From Dehalococcoidia bacterium UBA6926 (GTDB lineage: Bacteria > Chloroflexota > Dehalococcoidia > UBA6926), in contig DKAM01000030.1 in the NCBI GenBank assembly GCA_002450835.1, forward strand, positions 153,331 through 217,330: a DNA stretch of 64,000 nucleotides, in the 5' to 3' direction. Positions 60,726-64,000 of the stretch are shown one piece after another; within the stretch, counting starts at the first letter, position 1, and each line of letters begins with the position of its first letter. The notes beneath the pieces were generated by a model. The model was not told the DNA's origin. It did no database searches and worked only from the letters and a program-made list of their open reading frames with translations. The position numbers were made by a program, and so were the translations under genes.

Positions 60726-61961
60726 TTAACTAGTATTATTGACTAAAAAAGCTTCATTTAAAGCGTTCAAAGCTGCCTCAACTGATTCTTGTTTGATCAC
60801 GCAGGTAATACTTATTTCTGCAGTTGTTATCATCTCTATGTTTACACCAGCCAAATCGAGCGCTTTAAACATTGTTCCCGCATACCCGGGAGAATTTTGA
60901 AGCCCTGCTCCTACGATACTTACCTTGGCCAGAGATGCATCTCCGGTAACATTACGAGCACCCAGCTCGGTTGCTATGGCTTCTGTATGTACAAGAGCAT
61001 TATCCAAACTATCTTCACTAACTGTAAAAGACATGTCACTCTGCCCTTCGAACCCCGTATTCTGCACTATAATATCAACGCTAATACCAGAATCTGCCAA
61101 AGGAGCAAAGATTTTTGCAGCTATACCCGGGACATCAGGAACACCCGAAACGGTAATTCTGGCCACATTTCGATCATGAGTTATCCCGCGTACTTTACTA
61201 TGATTTTCCATATCAATACTCCCTTGGATTAAAGTACCTAATTTATTCTCGCTAAATGTAGAACCTACAAAAATGGGGGTTTTGTTTACCATAGCAAGCT
61301 CGACAGCTCTGCTATGAATAACTTGGGCTCCCTCACTCGATAATTCCAACATCTCCTCATAAGATATTCTATCAATTCGGCTAACGTTAGGTATCAACCT
61401 TGGATCGGCTTCATAAACGCCTTCCACATCAGTATATATCTCACAAATATCAGCCCCCATTGAAGCTGCTATCGCTACAGCCGTTGTATCAGACCCACCT
61501 CTGCCTAAAGTAGTCAATTCTTTTTCGTCATTTATTCCTTGAAACCCTGCAACAACAACAATTTTTCTTTGTTCGATTTCTAGAATGATCCTAGCCGGAT
61601 CAATATCCGAGATGGCAGCTTTGGAAAAAAAAGAGTCGGTCGATATCCCCGCTTGTGCACCAGTCAAACTTAACGCCTCAATACCCAAGTTATGAAAACA
61701 CATTGCAAGTAATGAGCTAGAGATATTTTCACCGGTAGATAATATCTTATCCATTTCGCGAAGATCTGGATTATCTGAAATTTGTTTAGCAAGATTTATC
61801 AATTCATCAGTTGTTTCGCCCATAGCAGAGACTACTATTACAAAATCATCACCTTTGGAATAATCTTCTGCAATTTTCTCTGCTATCTTTTTTATGTTAT
61901 TTGTAGTGGAGACCGAAGTACCACCATATTTTTGCACTCTAAGAGTCACTATTTTCTCCAA
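60726..61961 (-). CDS. lysC: Aspartate kinase
   Basis: 'VQKYGGTSV' and two C-terminal ACT domains. 411 aa. Confidence 0.9.
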   Translation of the reverse strand: MEKIVTLRVQKYGGTSVSTTNNIKKIAEKIAEDYSKGDDFVIVVSAMGETTDELINLAKQISDNPDLREMDKILSTGENISSSLLAMCFHNLGIEALSLTGAQAGISTDSFFSKAAISDIDPARIILEIEQRKIVVVAGFQGINDEKELTTLGRGGSDTTAVAIAASMGADICEIYTDVEGVYEADPRLIPNVSRIDRISYEEMLELSSEGAQVIHSRAVELAMVNKTPIFVGSTFSENKLGTLIQGSIDMENHSKVRGITHDRNVARITVSGVPDVPGIAAKIFAPLADSGISVDIIVQNTGFEGQSDMSFTVSEDSLDNALVHTEAIATELGARNVTGDASLAKVSIVGAGLQNSPGYAGTMFKALDLAGVNIEMITTAEISITCVIKQESVEAALNALNEAFLVNNTS

Positions 61962-62865
61962 TTATATGTGCACCTTTCAGAGAAGGTGACACCATAAGAA
62001 GACGTCCATCAATTTTCTCTTTTTGCATTTGATTTTCTACCCTATTCTTAAGTTCTAGGACTTGATCCGAAGGCGCGAATCCAATGACAGAAGGACCTGC
62101 ACCTGAAATAAACGATCCATTTGCTCCATTACTGTTCATAAGATTGATCATCAATCGCATATTGGGCGATAATTGAGATCTGTAATCTTGATGAAGATTA
62201 TCTTGGGTCGAAATTATTAAATCTTGCCATTCACCTGTAACTAAAGACCTAATTGTTAAAGCTGTCCTTGAAAGATTAAATACGGCATTTTCAAAAGGAA
62301 CCTCTTCGGGTAGAACAGAACGAGATTCAGAAGTAGCAAGCATTTCATTAGGAATATAGATTAAACATCTCAACCCGTCTTTCATCGAAATACCGCGCTC
62401 TATGTATCGATCCTCCGTTTTGATCACCAGTCTAACACCACCCAGCAAAGCGGGCGCCACATTATCTGGATGACCTTCTATTTGGCTAGCAAGGTCGAGT
62501 AGGTCATCAAAGTTAAGAGCATGATTTGCGTAATTATTTGCAATCAATAATCCTGCAACCACTGCTGCTGCACTGCTCCCTAATCCTCGAGTCAGAGGTA
62601 TATTATTATGCGAGTGAATAGACAATACCGGTGTTTTTATACCAGCCTTATCGCAACCAGCGACCAAAGATTTATACACTAAATTACTAGAGTCTTTTGG
62701 CAATATTTCAGAGCCCTCACCATCGATGGTTATTACATTTTCTGTACTTGCTGAAACATCTAACGTATTCCATAGATCTAAAGCCATACCAATCGAGTCG
62801 AAACTTGACCCTAAATTGGCGGTGGTAGCCGGTACCGAAACTACAAAATCACTAGACCTATTCAT
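61939..62865 (-). CDS. thrB: Homoserine kinase
   Basis: GHMP-kinase motif 'PLTRGLGSSAAA'. 308 aa. Overlaps the lysC start. Confidence 0.85.
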   Translation of the reverse strand: MNRSSDFVVSVPATTANLGSSFDSIGMALDLWNTLDVSASTENVITIDGEGSEILPKDSSNLVYKSLVAGCDKAGIKTPVLSIHSHNNIPLTRGLGSSAAAVVAGLLIANNYANHALNFDDLLDLASQIEGHPDNVAPALLGGVRLVIKTEDRYIERGISMKDGLRCLIYIPNEMLATSESRSVLPEEVPFENAVFNLSRTALTIRSLVTGEWQDLIISTQDNLHQDYRSQLSPNMRLMINLMNSNGANGSFISGAGPSVIGFAPSDQVLELKNRVENQMQKEKIDGRLLMVSPSLKGAHIIGENSDS

Positions 62866-63112
62866 CTATTTAAATCCCTATTAGGGTCATTCAATTATTT
62901 CCTAAAAGCTAGTGATAACCCAGTGACAATAGCTTTAATATATAAATTAACATGGATAAAGACCACATGGTAAGTACATCACACGATAAATACCTAAATG
63001 AATACAGTAGCGGTAATACAAATTAGTTTAATACTTGGATGAGAAAGACAAGTTCTTTTCGCTGAAAACCAGTTAATTAAATAAACAAATCAAAATATAA
63101 TCAAAAATTATT

Positions 63113-63904
63113 TTATAATGAACTCAAGGAGTTATTAGAAGCCTTAATAGCATCCCACCATTCAACCTTTTTTTCGAAAATTTCTAGATCGTTCCCGCTT
63201 TGGAAAGGAACTTGCACATATCTAAGATAATTACTAATTTTATGAAAGTCTGATGTTGTAGACTCATTCTTTTTATTATCACGATCCTTGTTGGCTATAC
63301 CAATAGAACCCATTTCAAATAATACTGCTTGCTTCAATCTGGTGGACATCGTAGCATCGCCTTTCCATAAGAAAACTCCATCTAAAGTTTTTGGATGGTA
63401 TACCGCTCTTCTTACATAGGCATTTTTGCCAAAATTTGCAAAATCCTCTCTGTTGGGAAATTTATTTGGGGAGAATAAAATTTTTTCTACATATATAAAA
63501 CCTACGATGTAATAGTTGCGCTGCTTCACCATAAATCCTTGGTCGTAGTTCGTTAATAATGAAATAAAAACAATATAATCTCCGGGCTTACAAGCCATAA
63601 GCTTTCGTTTATACAAGGAGTCATTTGCATACGCCCCATAAGTAAAACTTTCAAACTCAGGATCATCGATAACCCGAACATTACGGTAGTGGTCAGAAAC
63701 ATAATTACTCAGCGGTTCTCCTGGCTTATTGAAAGCAGTCATTTTCGGATACGCCGGTAAGGTAGGAGCCCATAGAGACCTCTCCTCTGGCCTCGGAATT
63801 AATTCAAAGGTTCCATCTTCAAAAATTGGGCTCTTTATGGTTCCATGTCGGGAATTAACACCCACTGTAACTAAGAATATATTACTAGATAGATCTATAT
63901 CCAT
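63113..63904 (-). CDS. Hypothetical protein in a locally AT-rich segment
   Basis: 263-aa ORF flanked by very AT-rich, gene-free DNA (62866-63112 and 63905-64000). No recognisable domain. Confidence 0.45.
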   Translation of the reverse strand: MDIDLSSNIFLVTVGVNSRHGTIKSPIFEDGTFELIPRPEERSLWAPTLPAYPKMTAFNKPGEPLSNYVSDHYRNVRVIDDPEFESFTYGAYANDSLYKRKLMACKPGDYIVFISLLTNYDQGFMVKQRNYYIVGFIYVEKILFSPNKFPNREDFANFGKNAYVRRAVYHPKTLDGVFLWKGDATMSTRLKQAVLFEMGSIGIANKDRDNKKNESTTSDFHKISNYLRYVQVPFQSGNDLEIFEKKVEWWDAIKASNNSLSSL

Positions 63905-64000
63905 ATTTTTAACCTAATGTATTTAATGAATTGTAGGTTTATAATTATAGATCAATATAATAATCAATAAAATGACAGACCAAATTCACATAAGAACTAG

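Noticed and set aside
62866-63112. Lysine or threonine riboswitch or attenuator upstream of thrB–lysC
   Set aside because: The AT-rich 247-bp leader shows no L-box conserved helices or GAGGCGC-type motifs and no Thr-codon-rich leader peptide. No supportable RNA element.

Overview
This 64-kb window from a roughly 40% GC bacterial chromosome is mostly core metabolism and information processing, with four stretches that deserve a second look.

Gene order along the window:
- A partial exopolysaccharide/thiol-type locus: GT4 glycosyltransferase, LmbE-type deacetylase and CpsB-type PHP phosphatase.
- ilvE and a SAM methyltransferase on the minus strand.
- A nine-gene branched-chain amino-acid operon on the plus strand (ilvB, ilvN, ilvC, leuA, leuC, leuD, leuB, cimA, plus an unknown ORF). 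It is preceded by a recognisable T-box leader with an intrinsic terminator.
- A minus-strand operon ftsH–larB-like–selD–small membrane protein–JAMM/MPN peptidase–membrane protein.
- A cation-antiporter-like membrane protein, an SCP2-type thiolase and tRNA-Pro(GGG).
- prfB, whose six-frame ORF misses the upstream frame ending in the CUU-UGA +1 frameshift site.
- A small Fe–S-associated gene group (DUF59/SufT-like and IscA-like) and an MMPL transporter.
- nusA–ylxR–infB–rbfA–truB.
- An unannotated 49-codon zinc-ribbon ORF with its own promoter and terminator.
- ino1 followed by a PimA-like GT4.
- A seven-gene CoA-ester cluster: two CitE/malyl-CoA-lyase-like genes, an acyl-CoA dehydrogenase, a MaoC hydratase, a methylmalonyl-CoA-mutase-family large subunit with no B12 domain, a FabG/PhaB-like SDR and a thiolase. 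It sits directly upstream of a CIRCE-controlled groES–groEL.
- tsaD, a CorC/HlyC transporter, tilS, purF–purM–purH, transporters, lysC–thrB and several orphan hypotheticals.

The most notable observations are:
- selD is a selenoprotein gene. An in-frame TGA aligns to the catalytic Cys of E. coli SelD and is followed by a SECIS-like hairpin. The six-frame track truncated its N-terminus.
- selD is embedded in an unexplained operon with a LarB-like carboxylase, a JAMM/MPN peptidase and two tiny membrane proteins.
- The CitE×2/ACAD/MaoC/mutase/PhaB/PhaA cluster looks like an uncharacterised acetyl-CoA/C5-dicarboxylate CoA-ester pathway, with ethylmalonyl-CoA-pathway-like or CitE-MaoC leucine/itaconate-type chemistry.
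- The ino1–pimA-like pair points to inositol glycolipid synthesis.

No CRISPR arrays, transposases or obvious phage or defense genes were seen. The taxonomic guess is inference only: a marine Chloroflexi-like lineage, suggested by the T-box, ino1/pimA and the small zinc-ribbon gene.
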